A stretch of DNA of 40,664 nt, taken from contig LWCA01000203.1 of NCBI GenBank assembly GCA_001642005.1, positions 1 to 40,664 of the forward strand. Reading direction: 5' to 3'. Below, one piece after another: positions 1 to 13,006 of the stretch. The notes beneath the pieces were generated by a model. The model saw only the letters and a list, made by a program, of their open reading frames with translations. It had not been told where the DNA came from and searched no databases. The stretch comes from Intoshia linei. Lineage: Eukaryota > Animalia > Orthonectida. A program made the position numbers and the translations under genes. Positions within the stretch are counted from its first letter, which is position 1. Every line of letters begins with the position of its first letter.

Positions 1-99
1 TTTTTGGCCACAACAAACACGCACAATTGTTAGCTACATACAAAATTGTAACATATGTGTAACATTAACAAGTCTCGTAATCATAATTTTTATAAAGAA

Positions 100-793
100 T
101 TAAAACCTGTTAAAACTGATAAATTTAATTCTCTTTGGCAAATTGATATATGGTCCTTTCACTGAATCGAATAATGGTTTTAAATATGTAGTAAATATGG
201 TGGATGGGTTGGAAGTCGTCCTGTTTTTAATATTTCTGCAGATATTATAGTTGATGTTGTATATTCACATATTATAACTAGATACAGACCTCCGTTAGAA
301 ATTCATACGGATCTTGGTAAACAATTCGAATCTAATTTATTTAAAGAATTATGTAAGCGATTTGAAATAAAACGATCTACTTCAGAACCATATCGACATC
401 AACAAAATGGAACGATTTAATCGATATTTTCGAGAAAAGTTGAACATATGTTGCAAGAATGATTGGTCAAATTGGGACGAATATTTAAACGATATATTCT
501 TATCCGTTCGTCTATTACCTCACGAAAAATGGAGAATCTCGCCATTAGAGGTTTTATTCGGGTCACAAAGAAGCTCATCCATTCCAAATTACTGTTCGAA
601 AAGTTCTTGGAAAGACACTCTGGCGTATAGAAACAATTATTTATTGATAATGAAAAACAATTACGATAAAAAAGTTCAAAAATCAGTATCCTATTATGAT
701 AAAAATTTTATATTAATGAACCAAAAATTTCTAAAGAACAACCTAGATACAAGTCTCGAGTCTCAAAATTTCAAGACTACATCGTCGACTTAA
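100..793 (+). pseudogene. Ty3/Gypsy LTR-retrotransposon integrase remnant (frameshifted)
   Basis: Across frameshifts it reads FNSLWQIDI/GPFTESNNGFKYVVNMVD...IITRYRPPLEIHTDLGKQFESNLFKELCKRFEIKRSTSEPYRHQQN/ERFNR...NWDEYL...SPLEVLFG. This is the rve core (D, D35E) and the W...SP..LFG motifs. It is followed by a PPT and LTR. Confidence 0.9.
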
Positions 794-802
794 ATGGGGA
801 GG

Positions 803-909
803 TGTAGTGCAATAACAACATATTTTTATTTAATACTCTATTATCGTTATCGCACTAGAACATACACTCAAGATTATTTTAAACTTGTGATTAAATTATA
901 AACACTACA
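803..909 (+). mobile_element. 3' LTR (107 bp) of the Gypsy element, preceded by a polypurine tract at 792-802
   Basis: AAATGGGGAGG is directly followed by TGTAGTG...CACTACA, a perfect 7-bp terminal inverted repeat, immediately after the integrase stop. Confidence 0.8.
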
Positions 910-1225
910 ATATCTCTATCAGAATAATCTTTTTTTTAAATTTTCGGACAGTTAATTATTATACATTTTTTGTTTTAATAAAATATTTCGGAAAAAAAAT
1001 ATATGAATACTAAAATTGTTTTTGACTGTGAAAGTGTGACTTATTCGGATTGAAATTTTTTATGTGTGTTAAGAGGATACAACTGTACCATCTGTAAATT
1101 TTTTTAAATTCTAGGGCTGTTTTCATTAAAAAAATAAGGGTAATTTGTGGTTTTGGCCCTGAAGATATATTTTTTTAAATTTATGGTGTTAAAATCCGTA
1201 TCAGAATATATATATTTTATATACT
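910..1225 (-). mobile_element. Fragment of non-autonomous Helitron-like family A
   Basis: Colinear with 4260-4590, 9160-9470 and 34590-34900 (ctctatcagaataat...taaaatccgtatcag). Confidence 0.75.
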
Positions 1226-3469
1226 TACTGTTTCGTGTATTAAATTTAAACGGCAAGTCCAAATTCGCAGAAACTGGAGAGGTGGATAGGGGCTATATTG
1301 CATTAAGCATCATTTTCCAAGATTTTAAAATAGTCTATTTTTAATTTTCGGTGGCTTAAAGCATGGTCGGTTGGACTTTGATTAGATAAGATTCGCATAA
1401 GAAAAACACTGGAGTATAGTAATCAAAACGAGCTGTCCAGATTAAACTACTTAGTCTTCATAATAGAAATACACTATTAAATATTATTTAGATTGTAATT
1501 TTCAATATTTGCTTAATTGTAATATTTACCTCATATGCCTCTGTAAACTTTGCAGTACACTTTACAGGTATCCGAGTTCAATTAACAAAAGACGCTGAAA
1601 TAAAAACCTTATTTGAAAAATTGGGTAAAAAAATAAAAACATTGGACCAAGTATACAATTTTGCCAATCTACTGATAAGAAGAAATAGAATACTGACTTC
1701 AGGGGTTAGATTATTAACCCTTACGAGACGGCGATGTGTGATGAGCTCTAATGCAAATCACTTAATATTATTGGGACAATTTTTGGCACATATCCATGAC
1801 ATTGTCTCGTAAGGATTAGAATTTTTTAATGTATATAAGGTTTTATGTAGATATTAGCCTTCGTTCAAGTAGTGTTATCATACATTTCAATCATTTGTTT
1901 ATATTTTACCCAATTCAAATATGAAATTTTGGAAAATGATTCAAACGTTTACGAGAAAATTGTATCTAACGATATTTAAAAAATTAAATAAATATATGTA
2001 CCTACTTTGTTACTTTATATTGACTTTGTTATATAGACGTTATTTTTTCTTTTTTTGTATCCATGAAAAAGTATCTGATTGCTGAAATACTACTAAACAT
2101 ATGCAAACTTGTAATTGTTCAAAAAAATCTCAATTAACATTTTCTTTGAGTATATTTGAGATATATAATTGAAATGTTTAGATTATTTCATGTGTGTTAT
2201 TGGGTATGATTACCACTATAGACATTTCAATTATACGTAAAATTGGTTATGTTATATTACCTCTATCTATTGGTTCAACAATATTATGCATGGCTATACT
2301 TTCCACCAAATCTGACGCTTGGAAGGATTTTTCGGTGATTAAATACACATGATTAATATTTTATTTAAAATGTTTAAAGTTTAATCGTGGGGTTTTTATT
2401 GTGTATATAAAGGTTATGCGTGGATTCAGGTAAAATATTAATTCGGAAACGACAACAAACATTCAAATACTGTATACACTAAATAAATAGTATAACTTAA
2501 AGCCACATCTCAAATTACACTTAAAATGCAATGTAAATAAGAATTGAGATATATCTTATTTAATTAATTAGATTTTTATCTCCACACATTTTGAGGTTAA
2601 CATCTTCATAACAATTCACATTAGGAATGATTTTTAGTACTATTTTTTTTGAAATGTTTTGGTCAAACACGGCTATAGACGAGTATGATAGTTTTATGGT
2701 TATACTGAAAAAAAACAGTTTTTTTGATAAATGTTCATTATACAATAATTATTGTAATATAACATGTCCAATGGACATTGTCCATAGTATATAGGCCTAG
2801 ATTACATGTTATTTCTATAATTTTAAAATATTAAATTTACTAATTATCTAATAATTAATGTGGTGTTAATAATAATATGTACATTATAAATTAAAATGTA
2901 TAGCGTATGATTCTAAACGTAAATATGATTATTGGATTTTCCATTTTTGCAGGAATGAATATGGCATTACGAGCGTTGTATAAGCAAGCAATGAAGACGG
3001 AAGTAGTGTACAAGATGAAATTAATTACACAGGTGGCACAAAAACTCATTATGCTCAGCGAGTTTTATTCATATGATAACATTGTGTTAAGAAAAAAGAA
3101 ATTCGTTATTCATGCAGTAATTTATAATACATTGTACATAGGCAATTTTCCAAACTCAATTCAACCAAAGCCAGTAAATTTATGTCAGGTATGCGAAAAA
3201 TTGAAAACCAACATATACCAATTCACAGAAGGTCATTTAAATCAGATTTTTTGTTTTTTTAATGAAACAACATTGTTATTAAAATTGGAGCTTTACCTAG
3301 CAAAATCTTATACTATTAATACATGTATATTTGTATGATTATATACTTTAAAATCTTTACAATGTAAAATACAGTCTCAGTCCTTATTAACGGAATTTCC
3401 ACATTTTCAATTCCGTTAATATGAAATTTCCCCCATAGTAACACCCTTGTTAACAGAATTTAAAATTAC

Positions 3470-3781
3470 GTTGAAAATCTAATTTAAAAATCCTACTATT
3501 CACTATTATTAATCCTTTAAAGAAGTGGTTCCCAAATTTGTGTCAGGTGGAACTATCATATTACATTACTTTTTACTTTAAAGTGAATTATTCCATCTTA
3601 ATTTTTTTGTTAACATTTGCGTAATCTAATTTTAAAAACAATATTATCCCATTTTTCTAATTTATTATACAGAATGTGTGTATAATATTAAAAATAAAGA
3701 AAAAACTGTCCAATCCTAAAAATTGTCATAAATAACTTGAATTCCAGAAAAAATAAAATTATGAAAACCTATTTTGTCATT
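3470..3781. repeat. ~310-bp dispersed repeat (copy 1; copy 2 at 5842-6201)
   Basis: gttgaaaatcta...aaatcctactattcactatta...gtggttcccaaatttg...attttgtcatt is shared at high identity with 5842-6201. Confidence 0.85.
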
Positions 3782-4004
3782 TTTAATGTGATGATATATA
3801 TTCAGTACCAATTCAATAAATACTTAAAAATACCAATTATGTATCATTAATTAACCGAATCTTCACTTTATAAACATATTTTAGTCGAATTTCACCAAGA
3901 TTACAAATGATTGTAATAAATATAAAAATGATATTAACAAAGTTGTTTTAGTTTCCTTGTTTAGTTTCTATTTAAATTTTATCCAAAATATTTTGAAAAT
4001 GAGA

Positions 4005-4812
4005 ATTTGAAATTTAAAAATTGGGTAGCAATGAAAAAAATTCCGAAGGAATGAGTTATATAGATTTTTACCCATATTTCTTTATTGGAAATGTGTAGAC
4101 GTTCACTGCACACTTTTTTGAAATTGTAGATTGACATTTTCAATTTTTATTTTAATCGAAATATTTGAAAAATATTGGTTGATAATATATTAAAAGTATT
4201 TTTCATCGGAAATGCGCAGATTTCTCGTATTGAACTTTTGTATTTATATTAACTAGAATAAGCTCTATCAGAATAATTTTTTTTTTTAATTTTTGGACCG
4301 TTAATTATTTCACATTTTTTGTTTGATGTTTTGTTAATAAAATATTTCGAAAAAAAAATAATATGAATACTAAAATGCTTTTTTGACCATGAAGTCGTCA
4401 TTTATTCGGATTGAAATTTTCTATGTGGGTTAACATTATACAACTGTACCAACTGTAAATTTTGTTTAATTCTAGGGCTATTTTCATTAAAAAAAAGAAG
4501 GATAATTTGTGATTTTTGCCGTAAAGATATTTTTTTAAATTTATGATCATGTTTATGATTTTAAAATCCGTATCAGCGCATATATATTTTTTTAAAATCT
4601 CCAACTCGTTTGATTTTCAAAAAGAGGGACAATTGGGGTTTTTGACTCGTAAGATGTGAGTGTGGGATGTTCAAATTTATCTTATTATCCGTCCCGGAAA
4701 AAACTGTAATTGAAATGTGGACTTTATAAAATTCTAAGACTAGTAGTTATTTTAATAAAGTGGAACACACACACACTAACAAAAATCGCGTAGTATATTA
4801 TATAAGTTAGGA
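4005..4812 (-). mobile_element. Non-autonomous Helitron-like family A copy
   Basis: About 750 bp colinear with 8910-9640 and 34440-35127. It ends in (CA)n...tataagttagga|t, which gives a TC 5' terminus on the minus strand. Confidence 0.75.
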
Positions 4813-5757
4813 TATATAACAATACAAATACATTAACCTACATAAACGTATTCAAAATTATGACATTTATTTGTCGCATATATTTTAATTTTGTAGTCTA
4901 AGGTCTAAGATTAGTTTGTGAGTGTTGTCTAGTGCAGCGTTTCCCAACCGCCCTGAATTTTTTTTGGTGTCGATCGATAAATTATCAACAGTGCCTTCAA
5001 TTATAATTGTTATATTTGGTTAATTTTTAATTTCGTTTAATTCGTAAAAATAATATTAACCGATATATTAACTGTTACACGCACATCATACTGTATGATT
5101 TACAATAGCGCTACAAAAAAATAAACATAAAAAAATGATTCTTGATCATATTCAAATTTTTTATTCAACACTCATACCGTCTGTTAGTGCTCTAATGAGC
5201 TTTGGTTTGATTTTTTTAAATTTGAAAAAAGATAAAAATTTGTTTTGTATTGTATAATTTAGATTATCAGTGGAATTCTTATAATAATTTGCTATATATC
5301 CGCTGGAATGATTCACCACAAAAAAATTGTTGATATTAAAGAAAAATTAATTATAAACCCACACATAATCGTCACGAATAAAAAAATGTTTCAAATAATG
5401 TAGTTAATAAATACTTACATTAATATTGTACCATAAATCAATTAATCTACCACCAAAGTGCGGTTACCTCTTATATATTTTTCTTATAATTAATAAATTT
5501 ACTACATTATAATGTAAAACGTTTATTTTTAATTATTTTCGTATGTCAGCACTGTACTAGCTGTTCATTTAGACAGGTTTGGAAATCAAGCATGACAAGC
5601 TTTCTGAATCTATGTGTCAATGAATAAAAATTGACGCTCATTATTTAATTGATAAACATACTTTATTTACATTAACATATATTAATATCTATTAGATGCT
5701 TAGTATGAAGCATCACCCGAAGCACAAACTGTACACTTCTAATATAATATAGTCTTA

Positions 5758-6201
5758 CTAGGTTGACTGTTATGTACTACGTACAACAGCACCTAGCTCT
5801 GCCAAAGGCACATTTTTATTTTACCAAAAAAATAAATTCATGTTGAAAATCTAACTTAAAAATCCTACTATTCACTATTATCAATTCTTTAAAGGAGTGG
5901 TTCCCAAATTTGTTTAAGGTGGAACCATCATATCACATTACTTTTTACTTTAAAGTGAATTATTCCGTCTTGTTTTTTTGTTAACATTTGCGTAAAGAAT
6001 TTTAATAACAATTGTTATCCCATTTTTTTAATTTAAATTTAATTTAATTTTAATTTAATAGACAGAATGTGTGTGATTATCACTGATAACTTATTATATT
6101 TATAATATTAAAAATAAAGTAAAAACAGTCCAATCATAAAAATTGTCATAAATAGCATAAATTCCAGACAAAATAAAATTGTAAAAACATATTTTGTCAT
6201 T
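5758..6201 (-). mobile_element. Helitron-type 3' terminus (CTAG plus hairpin) joined to copy 2 of the 310-bp repeat
   Basis: a|ctaggttgactgttatgtactacgtacaacagc gives a minus-strand CTAG|T end with an imperfect TGTT(A)TGTAC/GTACA(T)ACA hairpin. The same motif occurs at 9793, 34406, and inverted at ~19340-19385 and ~37110-37168. Confidence 0.65.
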
Positions 6202-6702
6202 CAATTTAAATTTACAATCCGTAAAACGGTTAAAGTTAGGGTGATGTAATACTACTGTTTAATACATAATATGTTTGTAATAGTAGACACCAAAAATATA
6301 AAGCTTTCAGCATAAAAGCATCTTATGAAAAAGAATGAAATTCGAATGAACATTGTTCAAATAAAAAACATTTATTACCAAAGTTTCAAATTTTGTACCA
6401 GTGAGAATCGCTGTCACAGACCATAAACTGAATAAAAATTGTCCCAATTATATTTTAAAATAAACATTATGTTTATATTTTCAGTAGATAGAAATTGAAA
6501 TTTTTCAAGTTTTAAAATTAAAAAAATGCATAAACTTCAACATGATAGAACTAAAAACAATTAATTTGTTTTTATTTTTATGTAAACGAAATTTCAATAG
6601 AAACGAAACAAGAAATTAAAGTTTAAAACTAAAAGAATTGGACATTGGAAAGTTAGAGTGTATTTAATTGTATTAAAATTTAACACTAATTTAATTTAAA
6701 GG

Positions 6703-9700
6703 ATGTTTGAAAAGGACAAAATAGAATTTTATCGTAAATATACTTTTTAATTGAAAATTTTGTATTTTCTAGTTGTTTTATATATTACAAATTTTAGGTG
6801 AATTCTCTAGTCATAACGAATCAAAGATAAATTGTACAGCTATAAGTCCAAAGTCTGGTCAATTGATCGCAGTAGGTTGTAATAATTGTAAAATTAATTT
6901 ATGGAATTTAAATGGAAATGAGAATGAATCCATTTTAAGTGGTCATACAAATTCTATTGAAAAAATTCGATTTAGTCATGATGATAAATACATTATTGCT
7001 GGTTCCAGGTCTGGTTCTCTTAAAGTTTGGGATGTTCAAAGAGAAAAAAGTAATTTTTATCTAAAAATGTTTCATTTTAGTACAAATTAGAGTTTAATTA
7101 CGTAAGAATTTTACATGTCTTAAATTAGTCTAAGGGCTGAATATGTACAATGTAATGCATTCATCTTGAAGGGTTTAATTTATATTTTCAATTGGGGCAT
7201 ATGAGCTAATATTTTAATCTCATTAGTAATTCTTAATTAAATATTTGAAATTACTTTTTTATCAATCAATTTATTCAAGTTTCATTTATTTTTATTAATT
7301 TTTAGTTATTCGTTCATTAGCTGGTCATAAAGCACGTGTAAATTCTTTGGAGTTTCATATACATGGAAATTTGATTGTTTCTGCTGGAAATGATTCCGTT
7401 ATCAAGGTTTATTTCATTACTTGGTACTTTTTTAATTCATATTTATAGATCTGGGATATGCGTAAAATGAGTTTCAATAAGGTAAAGTAATTGCATAATA
7501 TATTATAATGTTACCACAATTAGTATATTAGTATGTTAAATTTCTAAATTTGGTGGTTGTAAAATTAACTTTTTTGAAGTATTAATTTGGTATTTATGTA
7601 AAATTTTCGTCTTTTACATACATGTATTTTTAGTCAAAATTATATTATGTTTAGACTAGAAAAATTAAAATTATTACATTACAAAATATTGAGTGATAAA
7701 ATGATTAAAGTCATTATTTTAACTATCAAGATGCAACTTTCATGTATTTATTAAGAGTCCGTAGAAAAAATTGTATTTAAATTTGTGTTTTGTCAAATTC
7801 TCCGACTCTTAGTTTTTTAAATATATAACTACAGATACAATGTAGATATATTTTGTAAATGTACTCTTAATTATATTTAGAGATTTTCATTGAGTGCAAC
7901 ATGCATATCTTGCTGTCCTTCTGGAAAATACTTTTGCATTGGAGATAGTAATGGGATTATCAATGTACAATATTAAATTATAAATAGTATTATACGATTC
8001 ATGGTATGATATACTGTGCCGTGTAAGGAAGTCTTGTACTCTACCGGGTCACGGTGAAGGAGAAGTCATAAATGGATATAATATTTTTAATAGTGAAATT
8101 TTTTAAAGACTGTTAGAAACTTGGCCAATTATTATGTAGATTAGAGTGTCATATTTTTTCGAAAATTCGTGAATTTTATTTAGTGTCTAGTGTAGGTTTG
8201 CTGTATTCATAAAATATCAATGTTATTATAATTGCATTTATTTTAAAAAAATTCCTATTCGAGTTACAACACGATTTTAATATTCTCATATATCATACAA
8301 AAATACTAATAAAAAATTGAAAATAATCTACATGTATTATTTGCTGAATTTAATGCAATATTACTTTAATTGTCGTTTGTAGGATTAATTATTTATTATT
8401 ATAATAATAGCACGAATAAAATACATAGGCTAGAAATATATTTTAAAATCCACAAAGCACACTCGAGAATATGGTAAACGAAGCCAAAATACTGAACCCA
8501 TAGAAACAAGAATTAGCAACATTCAGCTAAATAAAGTTTATTTTATTTTTCTATAACAATTTAATAGCATTACTAATTGTAAATTAAAATAGTATACCGC
8601 TCGAATAATGATTTTTGGATGTCTATAAAGTTAGATTAAGTTATATTTTTTTATGAATAACCAAACGTACGCTATACGCACATTATTTTTGAATACGTGA
8701 CACCCTAATGTAGATTTATTATATTACAATATAATAATCTTTTTATCCATAGAAGTTGGATTTAAATTGCATGAATTTACAAGAAATTTCAATTGAAAAT
8801 AATTTGCCAGTATTAAATATAGCAATACACAATACTATTAAAATTTTTGCGGCTTCATATATGGATAGGTTTATAATATTTTTAAATTAACTAGGTCTGC
8901 GAGTCGTTTATTTAAAATTTAAAAATTACATAGTAATGAAAAAAATTCTGAAGGAATGAATTATATAGATTTTCACCCATATTTCTTTATTGGAAATATG
9001 TAGAGGTTCAATACACACTTTTTTGAAATTGTAGATTTTCAATTTTTATTTTAATCGAAATATTTGAAAAATATTGGTTGGTAATATATTAAAAATTATT
9101 TTTCACCGGGAATGCGTAGATTTCTGGGGTTGTAATTTTGTATTTATATCAACTGGAATAAGCTCTATCAGAAAAATCTTTTTTTTAATTTTCGGACCGT
9201 TAATTATTTCACATTTTTTTTTAATAAAATATTTTGGAAAAAAAATATATGAATACTAAAATGCTTTTTTGACTGTCGTCACTTATTCGGATTGAAATTT
9301 TGTGTGTGTGTTAACAGGATACAACTGTATCACTGTAAATTTTTATAAATTTTAGGGCTGTCTTCATTAAAAAAAAGGTAATTTGGGTTTTGGCCCTAAA
9401 GATATATTTTGTTCAAATTTAAATTTATGTTAATATATATGATTTTAAAATCCGTATCAGAGTTTATATTTTTTTAAATTCTCTAACTCGTTTGATTTTA
9501 TAAAAAAGGACAATTGGGCTTTTTGATTTGTAAGATGTGAATTTGGAGGTTGAAATGTATTTTGCTAACACCCTAGAAAAAACTGTAATTGAAATGTGGA
9601 CTGTATAAAATTATAAGACTGGTAGTTATTGAAATAAACGGTAGAATATCATATTAGTAATATTGTATGTAATATTTTAAAAATTAGAACGGTTCGATTA

Positions 9701-12700
9701 TGGGATGCAGACACATTTTGTCAAATTGGCGAATCTGTTGTGGAATCTACTCCTGTTAAGTAATTTCAAATTATTTTAAAATATATTTAACATTAGCTAG
9801 GCTGTTATGTACTTGGTACCAAAATCAGCTAGTTCTACCGAGGGCCAATTTTTGAATTGATTATAGATGGAGTGTATAATTATAAAAACAATCCAATTAT
9901 AATTACAACCCTAAAAAACGTCATAAATAAAATGAATTTTAGAAAAAATAAAATTTTAAATAAATGTAGTACTTATAATATAATAAAGTAAATAATGCTT
10001 ATGATTTTAAAAACTAACAAATTTTATGTTTTAATTTTAGTTATATTTTATTAAAATTCTAGAACTTTTTTTATTTTTGAGAAAAAGGGTAATTTGTAAT
10101 TTTGACCAGGAAGGTGTACGTTTTATTTTCATTTTTAAAAAAGAAATTTAAGATACTGCATCAATATCGAAAAGCTGTATTAGAAATTGGGCTTTTTTAA
10201 ATTGTAGCATTGTTATTTTTTTAATTAAACGGTAACACACAACCACGATCAATTTTATATAATCAAAATAAGTAAGATTAAAAAAAGTCAACTTTTTTAA
10301 TGCAATATTGTACAATGTACACTAATTATTTCGGTAATTACAAAATGAAAATATCTAAAACCTTCAGACTACGATTTACCGAGTCCCTTCACCTTTTAAC
10401 CAAAATTAGAAAATGTTGAGTGTACATAAAATAATATACTTGTTAATATAATTTTTATTTTATGCCATAGAAAACTTATTTTTTCACAATCCGAAAATCA
10501 AGTTTATGGTATCCGTAAAGATTATGTTCGTGTGTATACTGAATCAAATAATAACATTACATCAAAATCAGTTTTTTTGGATTGGGGAAATGTTTGCGAT
10601 ATTGAATCTTATGATAATAAATTGGTAATAACGCAGAAATGGTATCATTTTTAGTCATTTACATTGCTTTTCAAAAATAATGCACATAAATTCCATAAAT
10701 ATGTATAAACATTAGTTTTTTTCCATTTTTATTTGAGCATCTTAAAAATAAAAAATATAATAATATTTTTTTTAAATATTGACAAATGTGTCTGGGTTAT
10801 TTTTGAAACAAAGTGTAAAAATCCAGTTTAAACTGGGTTATTTTTGTAGTTGATAATATTTGTTGATTTAATTTTTATTTAGATATCTTGTTCTGTTGAT
10901 GACTATTTTCTTTCGCTGTATGACTTACCAATTAAAGTAATTATTGTTTATGATTTATCAGATTACATTTAATTTCTAGGTTTTTTATGTTTTTTATATT
11001 CATTACTCTGAATAAAGGATTTTCACCCCTATATATTAAACTTTGTTATTCAAGTTAATCATATGTAAATCTCGATACATTTATTATTCTTTATTTGTAC
11101 AATGTTACTAAAAATTAATATACATAAAAATTAATGTACGTTAAGATGAAATGTAATGAATAATTTAAAATTTAGAATCTAGAAAATTTAGAAAATGAAG
11201 ACATTGCCTTTACTAAAAAAGTAAAGGGATTAAAGTTATTTTTCAATAACATTAATTTAATTATTTTAGAAAATCTCAAAATTATATTGATTTAAACGTT
11301 AAAGGTAGAGTAGCAGGTAATTTTTTCTTGTTTATCAATATTTTATACTCGTTATTCCCGAAAATTTCTACATCTCATTTAAAGGAAATTCTGTTGAATA
11401 TTTCATGTTTATCTAAATATTTAGTTCGGTCTCAATTTAAACTTTCAGAGTATCCAAATATCAATGTTATTGATAATTTTAACTTGGAAGATAAAAAAAT
11501 GGGTAATTTTAATTTTAAAAATTTTAAGACTGAATTATAATTTAATGAATTTTCATTTAGATAATTGTCATGTTGAAAAAAAAATAAAAAAGGAAACTTC
11601 AAATTTAAAAATCGAAAAAAAGAGTGAAATTCCAATTTCCATGTCAACCAAATTTAAGACTAAAAATTGTAAAAAAGAATTTGACCAAAAAATGGAGACT
11701 TATTTTATTCAACCTTTTGGTATGTATATGATTAGTGGATGAAAAGATTAAATTACCTACTAAAACATATTTAGGCAAAAAGAACCCAAATTATACTTAT
11801 ATTCTTGATAATGGTATGAATTTTTAAATTTTGCATTTCTATATAGACATTCTAGACAAGGAAACTGAAAAGAAACAAAATATTATAGAATCTACACCTC
11901 ATCTGAACCTAAAAAAATCAGACAGCTTCGTTGCACCCGAACCAAAAAAATTGTATAATATTATAGAAGAACCAGTAAAACTATTCACTAAACCTGGAAG
12001 ATTAGATACAAAACTTGATACAAGTACTTTTGTTTTTCGAAGTAGTAGTTCAAAAGTATCTATAAACTTGACCCAAGAAAATTCTTCTTCTGTTGGTGAA
12101 TTGGATAAAATTATTCTCAGACAAAATTTTAAGGAAAAAGAAATGCTAAAATCCAAAACGGAAAAAAAAGAAGCCATCATTTGTAATATTGAAAATACCT
12201 CTAAATCTATTCAAAATCCTACCACTGTAGAAATGGTTACTAAAATTCCATGGGATAATTTAACTAGCAATTTTAATTTAATTGAACAAGGAACTGTAAA
12301 AATTGCGTCAGATGCTGACATTATGATTAAAATTATCAAGGAAGGCAATTTTTGTGTAATTTAAATTATTTTTTATTTTTATCAATTATTTAGAAATGTA
12401 TTGAAAAATTAAAATTAATTAATAACGACAAATTGACTATTGATTATTTGGCAATTTTTATTAAATCAAGGTAAAATTTTGTTTTAAAAAAAAAAGTAAA
12501 ATTTCAAAAATTGATTATTTAGAAATATATGGATTCTTGAAAATGCACTTTATATATTAGAACTCATTTTACCAATTTACAATTCGACGATTGAAAAGTT
12601 TGATTTAAAATTTGAAATTTTTACAAGTGTTTAGACATTTATTAGAAACCTTTTTATTTACAATTGAATTAATCAAAAAATTTGAAAATGTAATCAAAAT

Positions 12701-12960
12701 TACAATATCCACCACTCCAACCATTACAGTAGATTTATCACGAGATGAAAGGTTAGTTTTTAAAAAAAAAATTAAGGGTTACAAATTAGTGATTGAAACC
12801 AGATATTTTATTAATTTGAAAAAAATTTAGAATTGAAAGATGCAACAAAATATTAACTTACCTCAAACAAATAAAATGTAAAAACTACAAATTTTGCAAG
12901 ACCTCTACCATTCACAATACTTTTGAAAATTTAGGAATCGTAATTGATTCTTTAACATAA
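6703..12960 (+). CDS. KATNB1: Katanin p80 WD40 subunit B1 (about 18 exons)
   Basis: Approximate exons: 6703-6733, 6798-7049, 7306-7406, 7449-7481, 7881-7964, 8752-8868, 9688-9759, 10471-10624, 10883-10936, 11176-11220, 11270-11315, 11561-11719, 11775-11813, 11847-12355, 12394-12470, 12523-12597, 12634-12751, 12831-12960. WD40 repeats match KATNB1 (LSGHTNSIEKIRF..IIAGSRSGSLKVWD; IRSLAGHKARVNSLEFH; VFLDWGNVCDI). The C-terminal con80 motif is VDLSRDERIERC. Confidence 0.92.
8891..9642 (-). mobile_element. Helitron-like family A copy in a KATNB1 intron
   Basis: Begins a|ctag and is colinear with 4005-4770 and 34440-35080. Confidence 0.75.
9793..10277 (-). mobile_element. Diverged, internally deleted Helitron-like copy with both ends, in a KATNB1 intron
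   Basis: The a|ttag-ctaggctgttatgtacttggtac hairpin end and the aaacggtaacacac...aagtaaga|t end are both present. Confidence 0.6.
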
Positions 12961-13006
12961 TTTGTACATTTAATAAAAACAACACTTATTTAACAAGGTT
13001 AAAACA

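Noticed and set aside
1147-1344. Short ORFs at 1147, 4398, 9074, 34873 and 34995
   Set aside because: They lie within copies of the Helitron-like repeat and are chance frames of low-complexity AT-rich sequence.
2200-3338. ORF 2907-3338 and a hydrophobic stretch near 2250-2335 as a gene
   Set aside because: No recognisable motif, in-frame stops nearby, and I could not build a consistent splice model. It may be a decayed gene.
4935-5370. hAT/Charlie element beginning cagcgtttcccaacc (similar lone ends near 30340, 37630 and 39898)
   Set aside because: Only single termini are visible, with no matching TIR, TSD or convincing transposase translation.
11328-12180. ORFs 11328, 11432 and 11899
   Set aside because: Intronic or antisense shadows of KATNB1.
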